A DNA stretch of 63,868 bases, counting the filler, from Octopus bimaculoides (Eukaryota): NCBI RefSeq assembly GCF_001194135.2. It is 5 parts of 5 records of this genome, joined end to end, with 100 filler letters (N's around TTAATTAATTAA, not from the genome) between each part and the next. Parts side by side here need not be neighbours in the genome. Positions count along the whole stretch, not along the records: positions 14,185 to 27,710 come from NC_068997.1; positions 27,811 to 38,946 come from NC_068993.1; 3 more parts are not named here. The stretch is one strand, 5' to 3'. Position 1 is the stretch's first letter; each line of letters starts with the position of its first letter. A program made the position numbers and the translations under genes. This document shows, one piece after another, positions 24,465 to 37,165 of the stretch. A model generated the notes under the pieces. It was not told where the DNA came from and did not search any database. It worked only from the letters and a program-made list of their open reading frames with translations.

Positions 24465-26039
24465 CTCCCTCTCTCTCTCCCCCTCTCTCTCTCCCTCACT
24501 GTGTGTATACACACACACACACACACGCACATATGTATGTATATCGTTGGTGCTCTAGCATGNNNNNNNNNNNNNNNNNNNNNNNNNNNNNNNNNNNNNN
24601 NNNNNNNNNNNNNNNNNNNNNNNNNNNNNNNNNNNNNNNNNNNNNNNNNNNNNNNNNNNNNNNNNNNNNNNNNNNNNNNNNNNNNNNNNNNNNNNNNNNN
24701 NNNNNNNNNNNNNNNNNNNNNNNNNNNNNNNNNNNNNNNNNNNNNNNNNNNNNNNNNNNNNNNNNNNNNNNNNNNNNNNNNNNNNNNNNNNNNNNNNNNN
24801 NNNNNNNNNNNNNNNNNNNNNNNNNNNNNNNNNNNNNNNNNNNNNNNNNNNNNNNNNNNNNNNNNNNNNNNNNNNNNNNNNNNNNNNNNNNNNNNNNNNN
24901 NNNNNNNNNNNNNNNNNNNNNNNNNNNNNNNNNNNNNNNNNNNNNNNNNNNNNNNNNNNNNNNNNNNNNNNNNNNNNNNNNNNNNNNNNNNNNNNNNNNN
25001 NNNNNNNNNNNNNNNNNNNNNNNNNNNNNNNNNNNNNNNNNNNNNNNNNNNNNNNNNNNNNNNNNNNNNNNNNNNNNNNNNNNNNNNNNNNNNNNNNNNN
25101 NNNNNNNNNNNNNNNNNNNNNNNNNNNNNNNNNNNNNNNNNNNNNNNNNNNNNNNNNNNNNNNNNNNNNNNNNNNNNNNNNNNNNNNNNNNNNNNNNNNN
25201 NNNNNNNNNNNNNNNNNNNNNNNNNNNNNNNNNNNNNNNNNNNNNNNNNNNNNNNNNNNNNNNNNNNNNNNNNNNNNNNNNNNNNNNNNNNNNNNNNNNN
25301 NNNNNNNNNNNNNNNNNNNNCCCTACCCATCTCATACATCACGTGACACGGGTTAATTGAATGTTACCTCATAAAAAATGTCAGCTGTGATGATTGAGCC
25401 CCAATTTCTATCGTATTTTATAGCCGCATCACCTTGGCATACAAACACATACGCGCACACACACATCCACACACACACGTACCCGTGAACAAACACATAC
25501 ACACTCACACGTTCGCGTGAACGCACACGTACGTGTGAACACACACATTCTTGTGAACATTCACACACACGCACACATATATACATGTGAACATATACGC
25601 AAACATACATGTGAATACATACAAACACACATACATGAATGTGCATATTCTCTCTTTTACTCTTAGAACACATATACATACAGACACACAGACAGACAAA
25701 TATGCGCACACGCGCACGCACACACGCGTGCACACTCACATAGACACCAGCACATAGTTTTACACAGATACACATACTTATCCATATCCACGTATATCTA
25801 TCTATCAGTTTATCTATTTATCATCTTATCATCTTATCATTCTATCTCTCTATCTCTCTCTCTTTCTCTCTCTTCACACACACATTTATATATACTCATG
25901 CACACACATTTGCATACACACAATTATTCATATGCAACCACAAAGAAACACGCGTGTATACACAGACTTCACCATGTGTGTATGTGTGTGTGTATACATA
26001 CATACATACATATAGTACTACACATGCTTATGTACATAA

Positions 26040-26427
26040 ATATACGCATGTATCTGATACATATGCAAATAGAGAGGATCACTTCCATCGCCCCCTTTTC
26101 CTTTTTTTATGGGGGTAGCTTCCCTGTTTAACAGCGCCACCTGGTTCATGGTTAGTGTCCTTCGCAGTGATCGCCTAGGAGCATACGAGCAGCCAGGTTC
26201 TCTGCAGGGGTTATCATGACCCGATCCTTCACTGGCACACATTCCCTACTCTCCCCTAAATGTCTGAAGCTAACACTGAATCAATAGATAAAATTTCTCT
26301 CCCTCTTTTCATTAACATCTATGGACTCCGATCTAGCTTAGACCACTCCCCCTCACAAACACACAAATTAAAACATCACCTCTTACTAACAAACAAACCT
26401 CACATCCTTTTCCTTTCCGAAATGTAG
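26040..26427 (+). mobile_element. 5' end of a CR1/Jockey-like LINE (start of APE domain)
   Basis: FINIYGLRSSL...KHHLLLTNKPHILFLSE matches the NIRGLRS...HHL....PH.LFL.E APE start. Confidence 0.55.
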
Positions 26428-26817
26428 ATGGAGTCATATCAGAATTATTGTAGATAAATCTTGAATTGGAAGAAACAAACAAAGAAACAAGAAAATTGTT
26501 TGCTTTTCAAATGTAATAAATATTTCATTGATTATTGTTTATAAAGTAATTTGATAAACCATCTTGGAAATCAATTCCATTCCGTTCATGTATATTTATA
26601 TATAAACAGACAGACAGGCAGACATGCAGACAGACAGGCAGACATGCAGACAGACAGGCAGACATGCAGACAGACAGGCAGACATGCAGATAGACAGGCA
26701 GACATGCAGACAGACATATAGATAGCTAGACTGATAGATGTATATATGCATATTTAGTGTTATAATCTTTTCCAGAGTGACTTGTGTAATATGTAGTTTT
26801 GCGTTATCCTTTGTAGA

Positions 26818-27035
26818 GGCGCGTGGCTTAGTGGTTATAGTGCTGGGTTCATGATCGTATGGTCGTGATTTCGAATCCTGAACCGAGCGATGTGTTGCGT
26901 TCTTGAGCAAACCATTCTATTTCCCCCTGCTCCAGTCCACTCAGCTGGTAAAAATGAGTAATCTTGCGTCCCGTTCAGGGAGGAATATACAAACCAGAGA
27001 AACCGGGAAACCGACCTTATGCTCCTTACGGGGTA
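26818..27035 (+). mobile_element. tRNA-derived SINE
   Basis: A box tggcttagtgg, B box atttcgaatcc, followed by a non-tRNA body. Confidence 0.75.
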
Positions 27036-27057
27036 ATATGGTCTAACCCTTATTCTT

Positions 27058-27355
27058 TACACGACTAGTGATGGGCACTTTTGGTTCAAAGTTTCGTGCA
27101 ATGCATCCAATTGATAGCAATACTTCTTCACATTAACTGTTTCGTTTTCGTTTAACACTTCTTGACGGACGATATTCTTCATATCTCACCAAACACAAAG
27201 CATAACATTTTTCAGGTTTGGAGATAAATTCTCTTTTCTTTTTTATTATCGGGTACAAACCATAGTCGTTTTCGTTGGATGTGGTTATAGAGAACTCACT
27301 TTTCATCACTTGTGGTAATTCTACCGTCAAAGTGAACATGTGAAAAATGCAACAG
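27058..27355 (-). mobile_element. Mariner transposase fragment (first catalytic D region)
   Basis: RITTSDEK*VLYNHIQRKRLW...KMLCFV/W*DMKNIVRQEVLNENETVNVKKYCYQLDALHETLNQK. Confidence 0.8.
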
Positions 27356-27418
27356 GACTATACATTTCTATTGTTATATATAATGTAGATCATAACACAC
27401 TCGCACATACAAACATGC

Positions 27419-27479
<61 letters not shown>

Positions 27480-27518
27480 CAGATAGATAGACAGATAGAT
27501 AGATAGATAGATAGACAG

Positions 27519-27589
<71 letters not shown>

Positions 27590-27590
27590 C

Positions 27591-27633
<43 letters not shown>

Positions 27634-27672
27634 CAGATAGATAGACAGATAGATAGACAGATAGATAGATAG
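27419..27672. repeat. (GATA)n tetranucleotide microsatellite
   Basis: Directly visible. Other (GATA)n tracts at ~45915-45962 and 58685-58747. (TA)n, (GT)n, (TACA)n, (GA)n, (TAA)n and (GAA)n tracts occur throughout. Confidence 0.95.
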
Positions 27673-27848
27673 GTTTCTTTATTAGCCACACAGGGCTCAA
27701 CACAGAGGGGNNNNNNNNNNNNNNNNNNNNNNNNNNNNNNNNNNNNNNNNNNNNTTAATTAATTAANNNNNNNNNNNNNNNNNNNNNNNNNNNNNNNNNN
27801 NNNNNNNNNNATATATATATATTTATATATATATTTATATATATATTT

Positions 27849-28340
27849 ATATAAGGGCATTACTATAGAATAATGCCTCACGCTATGAGGGACTGCTAAA
27901 GTCAAAATACCATAATAAACACATTTTTAACGAACGCGAGGAAATGCAACTCTCAAAAGTTGGCCTCTTAAAAACAGACAACTATATATTAACATACCAA
28001 AACGAACACCTCATGTCTCCGGCATAGTAGATAGAAGATTGTTTATCTCTATATATCTATGTAAAAGGCGGGCTTTTGCCGGATACATGAGGTGTTCGTC
28101 TTGCTATGTTGAATCTTCTGTTTATTTTTATGTATTTTGACCATACTATACTGATGAGCAGAAGTTGTGTATTGTTATAATAACTGCGAAATCGTTCGAT
28201 ATATAGTTCAGTCTGTTTTTAAGAGGCCAACTTTTGAGAGTTGCATTTCCTCGCGTTCGGTAAAATTGTGTTTATTATGGTAGTTTGACTTTAGCAGTCG
28301 CTCATAGCGTGAGGAATTATTCTATAGAAATGCCCTTATA
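27849..28340. mobile_element. Fold-back element (probable inverted Penelope pseudo-LTRs)
   Basis: Arms 27849-28024 and 28077-28340 are reverse complements. The right arm has an extra ~90 nt containing the hammerhead. Confidence 0.75.
28145..28207 (+). ncRNA. Type-I hammerhead ribozyme, complete core
   Basis: Stem I ACTATA/TATAGT (6 bp), CTGATGA at 28151-28157, stem II GCAG/CTGC, GAA-A, helix III ATC-GTTC-GAT, AUA triplet, predicted cut after 28201. Confidence 0.85.
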
Positions 28341-28656
28341 CAAATATAAATAAATATATTCTAGAGAATAAACTATGTTTTTTTTCCCTTATGAAGTTTT
28401 TTCACGCTAGCTACAGTATGAATTCTTGTAAAATTTTTTATCCTATTATTGAATTAATTAAGTATATATATATATATATATATATTTATACTTTTACCTT
28501 TACGGTGCTTTGTTTGACTGGAAAGTGATACATTTGTATTGCAATGTTCAATTTTTCATCGAAAACATTTTCACTGTTTCCGGTTCTGTTAACGGCCAGG
28601 CGTTCAGGCGAGTATACTGGGATTGATGTGGCAACGATTGAAATATTGTGCAGGTA

Positions 28657-28731
28657 AATCCAGCTGATGAAGACTAATCAAATTTACGATAACAAACGTA
28701 TTCGAAGAGTCCGAAACCTAGGTACTAGATT
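28657..28731 (+). ncRNA. Type-I hammerhead ribozyme with palindromic helix III
   Basis: Stem I AATCCAG/CTAGATT (6 of 7 pairs), CTGATGA at 28664-28670, stem II GACT/AGTC, GAAA, perfect palindrome ACCTAGGT, GUA triplet, predicted cut after 28724. Confidence 0.85.
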
Positions 28732-28896
28732 ATTCTATTCTGGGTTGTCCATTTATCTAATGTTCTTCCTTGAGTTAAAACGAAATTTTTTAATGTTCGC
28801 TGCACTCACACATCATATATACAGTGAAGCTTTACTAAAGCGTCGAAAATTTGTCGACTGCTATTTCCAGTAAACATTGGTACCTTGTTGTACCAC

Positions 28897-28950
<54 letters not shown>

Positions 28951-28993
28951 CCACTACACACACATTTTTCTCTCCTTGTTTCTTTCTGTGTTC

Positions 28994-29029
28994 CTTTCTG
29001 TTGAAGAGCGTAGGCCCGAAACGTTAAAG
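28994..29029 (+). ncRNA. Hammerhead-like motif with variant core (CUGUUGA)
   Basis: CTTT-CTGTTGA-A-GAGC-gtag-GCCC-GAAACGT-T-AAAG. Same repeat family as the 676-714 copy. Confidence 0.55.
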
Positions 29030-29994
29030 ACTTTCTCTATTCCCGAGCGTTATACTAATACATCCATTTGTTGTCTACACCACCTGTCTTCATCTGTTGT
29101 TTTTTTCGCGAATTCTCCCTATATATATACATGGAATGATAAGATTGGGTGTAGTTGTGTGAACGCTGACGATTTGGCGCAATTGACTGNNNNNNNNNNN
29201 NNNNNNNNNNNNNNNNNNNNNNNNNNNNNNNNNNNNNNNNNNNNNNNNNNNNNNNNNNNNNNNNNNNNNNNNNNNNNNNNNNNNNNNNNNNNNNNNNNNN
29301 NNNNNNNNNNNNNNNNNNNNNNNNNNNNNNNNNNNNNNNNNNNNNNNNNNNNNNNNNNNNNNNNNNNNNNNNNNNNNNNNNNNNNNNNNNNNNNNNNNNN
29401 NNNNNNNNNNNNNNNNNNNNNNNNNNNNNNNNNNNNNNNNNNNNNNNNNNNNNNNNNNNNNNNNNNNNNNNNNNNNNNNNNNNNNNNNNNNNNNNNNNNN
29501 NNNNNNNNNNNNNNNNNNNNNNNNNNNNNNNNNNNNNNNNNNNNNNGATAGAGAGCGAGAAAGAGAGAGAGAGAGAGAGTGTGGTGGGAGGCAGAACGAG
29601 AGAATCATCAAAACAAGAGAAATATTAAAACGTCTGATGTCAAAATAAGTCATTGTCGAATCAGCAACACCAAACAGGCTGCAATAGATCATCTCTTAGA
29701 CATACACACATAGACATACTTGCATACATACATAAATGCATACATACATACATACATACATACATACATGCACGCACACACATTTATATTCTTTTATTCT
29801 TTTACTTGTTTCAGTCATTTGACTGCGACCATGCTGCAGCACCGTATTATTTCTATCGGTCTTTCTTGCCAAACCACTAAGTTACAGGGACGTAAACACA
29901 CCAACATCGGTTGTCAAGCGATAGTGAGGACAAACACGGACACAAAACCACACACACATAGATACCTGTCTGTCTGTCTGTCCGTCTCTGTCTC

Positions 29995-30088
<94 letters not shown>

Positions 30089-30500
30089 CAGACACAGCTC
30101 ATATATATCTATCCCTTACGACCTTTAAGATCTCTGTATCTATANNNNNNNNNNNNNNNNNNNNNNNNNNNNNNNNNNNNNNNNNNNNNNNNNNNNNNNN
30201 NNNNNNNNNNNNNNNNNNNNNNNNNNNNNNNNNNNNNNNNNNNNNNNNNNNNNNNNNNNNNNNNNNNNNNNNNNNNNNNNNNNNNNNNNNNNNNNNNNNN
30301 NNNNNNNNNNNNNNNNNNNNNNNNNNNNNNNNNNNNNNNNNNNNNNNNNNNNNNNNNNNNNNNNNNNNNNNNNNNNNNNNNNNNNNNNNNNNNNNNNNNN
30401 NNNNNNNNNNNNNNNNNNNNNNNNNNNNNNNNNNNNNNNNNNNNNNNNNNNNNNNNNNNNNNNNNNNNNNNNNNNNNNNNNNNNNNNNNNNNNNNNNNNN

Positions 30501-30541
<41 letters not shown>

Positions 30542-31476
30542 CGGGCTTCTTTCAGCTTCCGTCTACTAAATCCATTCACAAGGCTTAGGTAGGCCCCAGG
30601 CTATAGGAGAAAACACTTGCCCAAAGTGCCACGCAGTAGGACTGAAAACGGAACCATGTGGTTGGGAAGTAAGCTTCTTACCACATAGCGAAAACTATAT
30701 TATCCATGTAATAGAGGTACGATTTAAAAATAAACATCAGCTCAATATGTTGGTCGAAATATGTATATAACTGAACATAGTAATAAAAAAGTTTTTAACC
30801 TGTCAAATATCTTTTTAGTATATTGTCGAACCTAACCACAATCATTTTCGTCGGTGGAAACACGATGCGCTTCAAAGAACCATTTTGAAAATATATTTTC
30901 AAGCGAATATTTTCGTTCAAGTATATTAGTTTTATTTTAGCCTTGATTTATATCATTGACTACCTATTCTGAGGACAGACATCTTAGGGGTTGAGATACG
31001 AGTCTTGAGAAAGTTCTTTCTTTAAAATTTCATCTTGAAAACTCCTCGCCTGTGCTCCAAAAGTAGATACAAACAAGAATCGGCTCATTGCTTATACCGA
31101 GCTAGGTGTTAAAAAAAAGTCATATTATTAGAGAATTGGGAATGAATCCATCCTATTTCTAGATAGAACTAGTTTGAGTTGTTCTAATTTTCTATAAAAT
31201 GCTGGACATTCTTTCAAAGGTAAACCGTATCCAAAACAGCGATGTTGCACTTTAACAGCAAGTCTGCTCCGAGCGAGCCTATTTTCGAAGCTAATCAAAA
31301 AGGTGGTTGAAAATTTCATAGGCTGACTGTGAAGGAGTGATACTAGAGCCAAGAAATTTTACATGCATTAATTTCAACTCTTGTTATTAATAACTCTATT
31401 GCTTCTTTCCAGGTAAACTGACAGCTGACTGTTCAAAGAGCACTTCAAAACTAACTACTATCGATTTCCATTAAAA

Positions 31477-31992
31477 ATGGACAAAATTTGGCATCATAGT
31501 GTTATCAAGTACCAGCAGAAAAAAAAAAGAAAAAGGTGTAATCCCCTCCGACATTCATGCTTACGTGGTTGCTACATTAGGAGACGACGCTCCAGCTTTA
31601 TCAACAGTGCAAAAGTGGGCAGCTGAATTTTGGTGGGGAAGGAAGAGTCCTGAAGATCACCGAAAATCTGGACGTCATGCAGCTGCCACTACCGAAAACA
31701 ACACTGATCGTATTCATGGATGGCAGCGATTGATTATAAATTAAAACGTCAATGCTATCAGCATATCCTGTGAGATAGTTGAGAATATTCTGCACAATGA
31801 ACTTGGCATAAGTGAAGTTTCAGCTCGGTGCGTACCACGTCTTCTGACACCTGATCAAAAGTGCACCAAGCTGGTTACATCACGAGAAAATTTGACAGTG
31901 ATTCAGTCAAATCCAGCTGGTGTCCTTGACGTTTTCTAACTCAGAATGAGTGTTGGGTTCATCAGTTTGAGTCAGAGATAAAGAGACAATCG
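31477..31992 (+). mobile_element. Mariner transposase N-terminal fragment
   Basis: MDKIWH..VIKY...GVIPSDIHAYVVATLGDDAPALSTVQKWAAEF...SGR...VSARCVPRLLTPDQK...ECWVHQFESEIKRQ. Frameshifted. Confidence 0.85.
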
Positions 31993-32984
31993 GTGTATAT
32001 TTTACTGTACATATAAATCAAACAGCAGATTCCACCTAAACGCTAACAATAGGTATTTCCATGCATTTACAAAGTTTGTTTTGACTGCTGAACGGTATCC
32101 CTCGTTCTACTTCAATGCGATCGAGCGCCATAACTCGAGTTATGTAAAAAACATCATATTGTTGTGAAGAGAAAGATTTTGCTTTATTTTGCTATAAAAA
32201 TCGATGGGGATAAGTCAGATAATTGTTACGAAATATAAAAGTTAATTTTCAATTAGAAAAGGACATATTTTCTTCAAGATATTTATAGCATAAGAAAAAA
32301 TGTGGTTTTGGTAAATCTCACAACAGTATGGCGAAAAAGCGCAGAGTAAAGAGGGTGGTATACTGTCCCTACTTGCCAAATTAATGTATTTGCGCGCGGC
32401 GAGAGATCAAACGAAACACAAATCCAAGACTTCAAATCTCGAGTTTGAACCAAAATTTCCAGAAATGGACGAACTAAGTAAACATATATTTCTAGTAAAA
32501 ATGCCCTTAATTGAGTTTAATAAGCCTTCTAGAACCCAAACTTAGCATGAAATCGTTGTTTTGAGAATGTTGTTTATTCGCTATCCCTGTTTTAGCATGT
32601 AGGGAGCCACTGGGCAAGCCTAGCGGATATTCTTTTACGAAAATATTTAAGTTTTCTTTGAGAAAAATTGGTCAAATTTCGACAGTAAAAATTATACTAA
32701 GCAATAAATATAATTTTGTAGACTATTAAAGTTACATGTGATGTTTTTTTATTCCGATTTTGAATACAGTCGAGATATCAGTGTTTACTTATTCACTTTG
32801 GGTTTTTCTCTCTTCTCCTACTAACTAGTTTTCTGTAAGTTACAGATGTTGTTAATGCCTTTAATTTATGCTTTTAATGCTTAAAGCAAGAAATTACTCT
32901 TCACATTTTGTTCGTTTTTTAATCAAGATCGACATGCAATTCTCGGAAAGGTATCAGGTTGTTGTGGAATGTGCTAGAAACAAC

Positions 32985-33770
32985 AACTAAATCTCCCTTA
33001 AATCGCACATCTTTTTCTTTGAAAATATTTTCATTTTTTTTACCGAAAAAGCTTCTCCCTTCGTTTTTAAGTGTGTAGTGCAAACAAAATTCGAGTGTGT
33101 GTGTTTGTGTGTGTGTGTGTGGGGGGGTGTGTATGGTGGTGGAAGGGGCTGATGGCAGAAAAACTTATAAACTTTCAAAATTTGTTTTTTAAAGGAGAAG
33201 CTTACCTCCATCATTTCTAAGACTGTAATGCAAAACAATTTGGAAAAATCCTCATAAAAACGGAGAAAATCCATTATATGTGAGCGTCCTCAATCGAAAC
33301 TCTGCCATTTATAACCATTTTTAATAGTCTATTAAAATTTTATTGAAATGTCCTGTTCCAAAATCTCAGTATTTTATTTAGTTCTGTACCAACTACAAAT
33401 GTGCAAAAGCTCAAGATACTGTGAGTTGTACTTTTGGATTTAATTAGATCTGAAAACATTGCGAAATTGACTGTGATATGTTACAAAATAGGCTTTACAT
33501 AAATATTTAAAAAATTACCAAAAAGAAAAGTTTTCTTTCCTAGAACCTGAAAAAAAAAAAGGCAATGGCTATACCATGGTCACTATTAACTTGTGTAATT
33601 CGAAGATGTTTATCACCTAATTCATCCTAAGTACGCAGGGACCATTCAAATTGTAATATTTCCTAAAATATTCACCCAAATTTCACAAATGTGGTATTAA
33701 AATATTTCTTTTTCGATTCTCTCCAAGAAAAAGTACAGTAGAAATTATATTTAAATATTTTCAAAAATTC
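32985..33770 (+). repeat. Second copy of the repeat at 7261-8450
   Basis: Shares blocks such as ccaagaa(a/g)aagtacagtagaaatta and atatg(t/g)g(a/g)cgtcct. Confidence 0.55.
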
Positions 33771-34616
33771 ATAGTGACACCTACTAGCAACATTTACATC
33801 CTCCATGATCACTTTAAATGTTAGGCCTTATTATCCGTGAAAACCTCTGTCTCTGGGTGAATACACATGCTTAGCACAACAAAGGCTGCCTCACAAAAAC
33901 TAATCTTCTTCTAGGTCAGCATATTCTTCTAATCTATAAAATTTAATCAAAAGAATACAGTATGTATATGTGAAGGCGTGTGCGTGAGTGCATATATATT
34001 TGCATATATGCGTGAGCATATGTGCTTGTATGTGTGCCCAAGCAGGTGTTTATATGTACCTGTGCATGTGTGTGTGCGTGCGTGCGTGGCGTGTGGGTAT
34101 GTACGTGTATGCGTCTGCGTACAAATTACTGAGACGTTAACGGTATTTTGTTCCAAAACTACAGTAGTAATTGAGTCTAAGAGGGGCTTACGTCTACTTT
34201 ATACAGTGGTGGCTAAAAACTATAGATAGATTCTGTTGATTTTATATAGATGTGTGCATATATGTGTGTGTGTGGTTGGATATATATTCAATGAAGTGTT
34301 AACAGACAAATAACAAAACATAAAAATATAAACAAAGAGTTTTAGTGTCAGGACTGAGAAAAGAATTCTATCTTAGAATGCAGATAATCCAAATAGCCGA
34401 GAGATAATTCGGCAATATTCCTGCATAATTGAAGGTTTACGGAGTGGGAATATGAGCTATTTTAAGATTCATGAAAATTTGAAAAATTTGTCGCCTCACA
34501 CGTAAGGATACAAATTCGAATGCTTGGACACATACATACTCACTCATATTATAAACATTTTATGTATTATAACTTGGCACACATCATATATACATACATA
34601 AATACATACATACATG

Positions 34617-34650
<34 letters not shown>

Positions 34651-34856
34651 TATATATAGCAATAAGAAAATGGAGGGAATCAATAGTTGGTATTCATCAA
34701 CTTATAGACATTATATAATGTCTATTTATTTTTTTAAAACGACAATTATAGCAATATACATATATGTATAGCATATTATGCTATACATATATAATATATA
34801 AAATATAAAATTACCAGTATTAAAATATATAACGTAGAACATAGAAAGTAGGATAA

Positions 34857-34984
34857 AATCTTCGACCTGTTTCAGCCAAGAGGCCACAGTATTCCCTTCT
34901 ACGTTTATCCCCCCAGTGAACTGAAGTATTTGGTAGATAAGATTAAAGTACTTGGGTGTGTCTCTGGGCTTCGTCAGATAGTTT
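34857..34984 (-). ncRNA. Degenerate hammerhead-like motif with long stem II insertion
   Basis: Minus strand CTGACGA-AGCC...(~89 nt)...GGCT-GAAAC-AG-GTC. Stem I pairs only 5 of 7. Confidence 0.38.
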
Positions 34985-35152
34985 CGAAAGTTCATAAGGT
35001 TATGTTATAAATATAAATACATACATAAATACATACTTTTACATATACACACATATACATAAATATACATAAAAACATATACATATATTAAAATGTATAT
35101 GCATATGTATATGTATATGCATATGTATATGTATATGCACACAAAGGAATAA

Positions 35153-35190
<38 letters not shown>

Positions 35191-35194
<4 letters not shown>

Positions 35195-35765
35195 TAGTTT
35201 TATTTTTATAACGTGCTTTCACTTCACTACCGAGCGCAGCTCTGTGCGCCTTGGGTATGTGCTGTGGTTTGCTGTGGTGCTCTTATGTTTACTGTATTGA
35301 AAGTGTTTTGCGTAGAATGTGTGCAGTACCCAGTAGTGCAATTTTCTGTATGTTATATATATTTGTAAGTCCTGGTGTTTTTGTTATGTATTTGTCTGAA
35401 TATTTTTTTATTATACCTATGATAGGAATTGTTTCTGTTTTTAGATTCCACATTCGAGTTATCTCTATTTCCAGGTCTTTGTATTTTGAAAGTTTTTCCA
35501 TTTCTTTTAGAGAAACGTTGTCATCTGCTGGTATTGAAACATCAATTAGAAGGCATTTTTTCCCTTCATGATCTTTGACAACTATATCTGGTCTATTTGC
35601 CTTAATTTCTCTATCTGTGTGTATTGGCATATCCCAGAGTATGGTTGCTTTCTCGTTTTCTGTGACCTTTTCTGGCGTGTGTTTATACCATCTTTTTTCT
35701 GTTGCTATTCCATAATGTTGGCATAGCTTCCAGTGTATATAGGTCCCAGCTCTGTCGTGCCTGTG
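35191..35765 (-). mobile_element. 5'-truncated R4/Dong-like RLE non-LTR retrotransposon embedded in (TAA)n
   Basis: ORF RHDRAGTYIHWKLC...ILWDMPIHTDREIKANRPDIVV...IDVSIP...EKLSKYKDL...KIALLGTAHILRKTL* (PD..D..K endonuclease), ~95-bp 3'UTR, (TAA)n on both sides. Confidence 0.9.
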
Positions 35766-35979
35766 AATTATTATTATTATTATTATTATCATTATCATTA
35801 CTATTATGTTTATTATATTATTCTTATTAGATAAAGTATAAACAGAGGTAGGAGAAAGTTATTAAAGGAGAAACAATAGTGCAATTTAAAAAATCAGTGT
35901 ATCTTAAGGTTATTGTAGTTATGTAGGAATGAAAAGGTATATATATGAGGAGTATATATATGTATATACACATATACAT

Positions 35980-36010
<31 letters not shown>

Positions 36011-36049
36011 CATATATATATACATACATACCCATAGGTACATACGTAT

Positions 36050-36157
<108 letters not shown>

Positions 36158-36303
36158 TATTTGCCAACATAATGTGGCAGTCCTGGTTACTGTTATTTAA
36201 CCTCAGGAAACATCGTCTCCAGCTGGCTATCCGACACATTATATGCGTCTTTATATTTTCGAACAAGGGAATTTAGCGTTCCCACTCAGCTCAAAGCAGT
36301 ATG

Positions 36304-36344
36304 TGCGTACCAATGGTTTTGGATTATTTCCCTTCATCAGCACA
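36304..36344 (-). ncRNA. Inactivated hammerhead motif (G12>A) next to a Penelope-like endonuclease
   Basis: Minus strand TGTG-CTGATGA-A-GG...CC-AAAAC(for GAAAC)-CATTG-GTA-CGCA. Confidence 0.5.
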
Positions 36345-36674
36345 GAATACCTGCTCGGCTAGGGATGGCACCACCAAACTCTTGTTCGAAGTATATACTT
36401 TTGAAAGTGACACACAATCGCTGATCTACTAATTAGAAGAATATTCCTTCTAAATCTCTGAACGAGAGTCATTCAGTAACAGTACTCTAGAGTAAAGATT
36501 ATTTGCCAACATAATATGGCAGTCCTGGTTAGGACGATTGTTACTGTTATTTAACCTCAGGAAACATCGTCTCCAGCAAATAATCTTTACTTTAGAGTAA
36601 TGTTACTGAATGTCTCGTTCAGAGATTTAGAAACAATAATTTTCTATACATGTAATATTATTTATTAATTAAAA

Positions 36675-37165
36675 AAATGACAAACATCTCTTACAGCTGT
36701 TTTAATTTTAGACCTTCAGAAAATTAATTATTAAAATAAAAAATTATCTGAAAGTCGAATCTCGTCAGAGGTAGTTTTAGATATACAAAATAGGTATTCA
36801 ATTCCTACATGTTCAGTATATAGTTATATGGTTCAATGGTTATATTTTAAATAAGATTTATATAGGATCGAGTTCTAATAAAATTAAATTACGTGTGGCT
36901 CAAAACACGAATTCCTTTAAGAAAAGAAATTTGATTAATTCTACTGGTCTTAGTAAATATATTTGAGAACTAGAATCTAAAAATATTAAGTACATTTTAA
37001 ATTGGGAGATAGTTTGTAAGGCGAAATCCTATCGTATAGATAGTAATTTTTTGTTGTGTACTAATGAATTTAAGGAGATATTATTAAATAATAATAATAC
37101 TTTGATTAACTCCCTTGATGAACGAAAAATTACATGTAGACATCAATTAAATTGTTTATATAATA
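36675..37165 (+). mobile_element. Penelope-like element, C-terminal GIY-YIG endonuclease remnant
   Basis: NISYSC motif, then KIYIGSSSNKIKLRVAQNTNSFKKRNLINSTGLSKYI*ELESKNIKYILNWEIVCKAKSY...LCTNE...ITCRHQ, the typical PLE YIG...ST.LSKYIW.L...W.I...A..Y...LC..E...CRH pattern. Contains stops. Confidence 0.8.

Noticed and set aside
16709-25360. Long ORFs of 200-315 aa in the track
   Set aside because: They are mostly X from N runs or simple-repeat translations ([12 protein letters not shown], poly-I/N/L). The same holds for similar ORFs elsewhere.
26018-26242. ORF with CREPGC (zinc-finger-like start)
   Set aside because: No downstream His pair, and it is antisense to a LINE 5' region.
26818-26890. 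tRNA genes at A/B-box sequences (also 55361, 57392, 63840)
   Set aside because: No complete cloverleaf, and each continues into a SINE body.
28600-28653. Host-gene first exon MWQRLKYCA
   Set aside because: No homology. The adjacent hammerhead suggests retroelement sequence instead.
31650-31670. CTGAAGA...GAAA hammerhead-like string
   Set aside because: No stem II, and it lies inside mariner coding sequence. Similar chance hits at ~39218, ~48671, ~50751 and ~52360 also lack stems or core bases.
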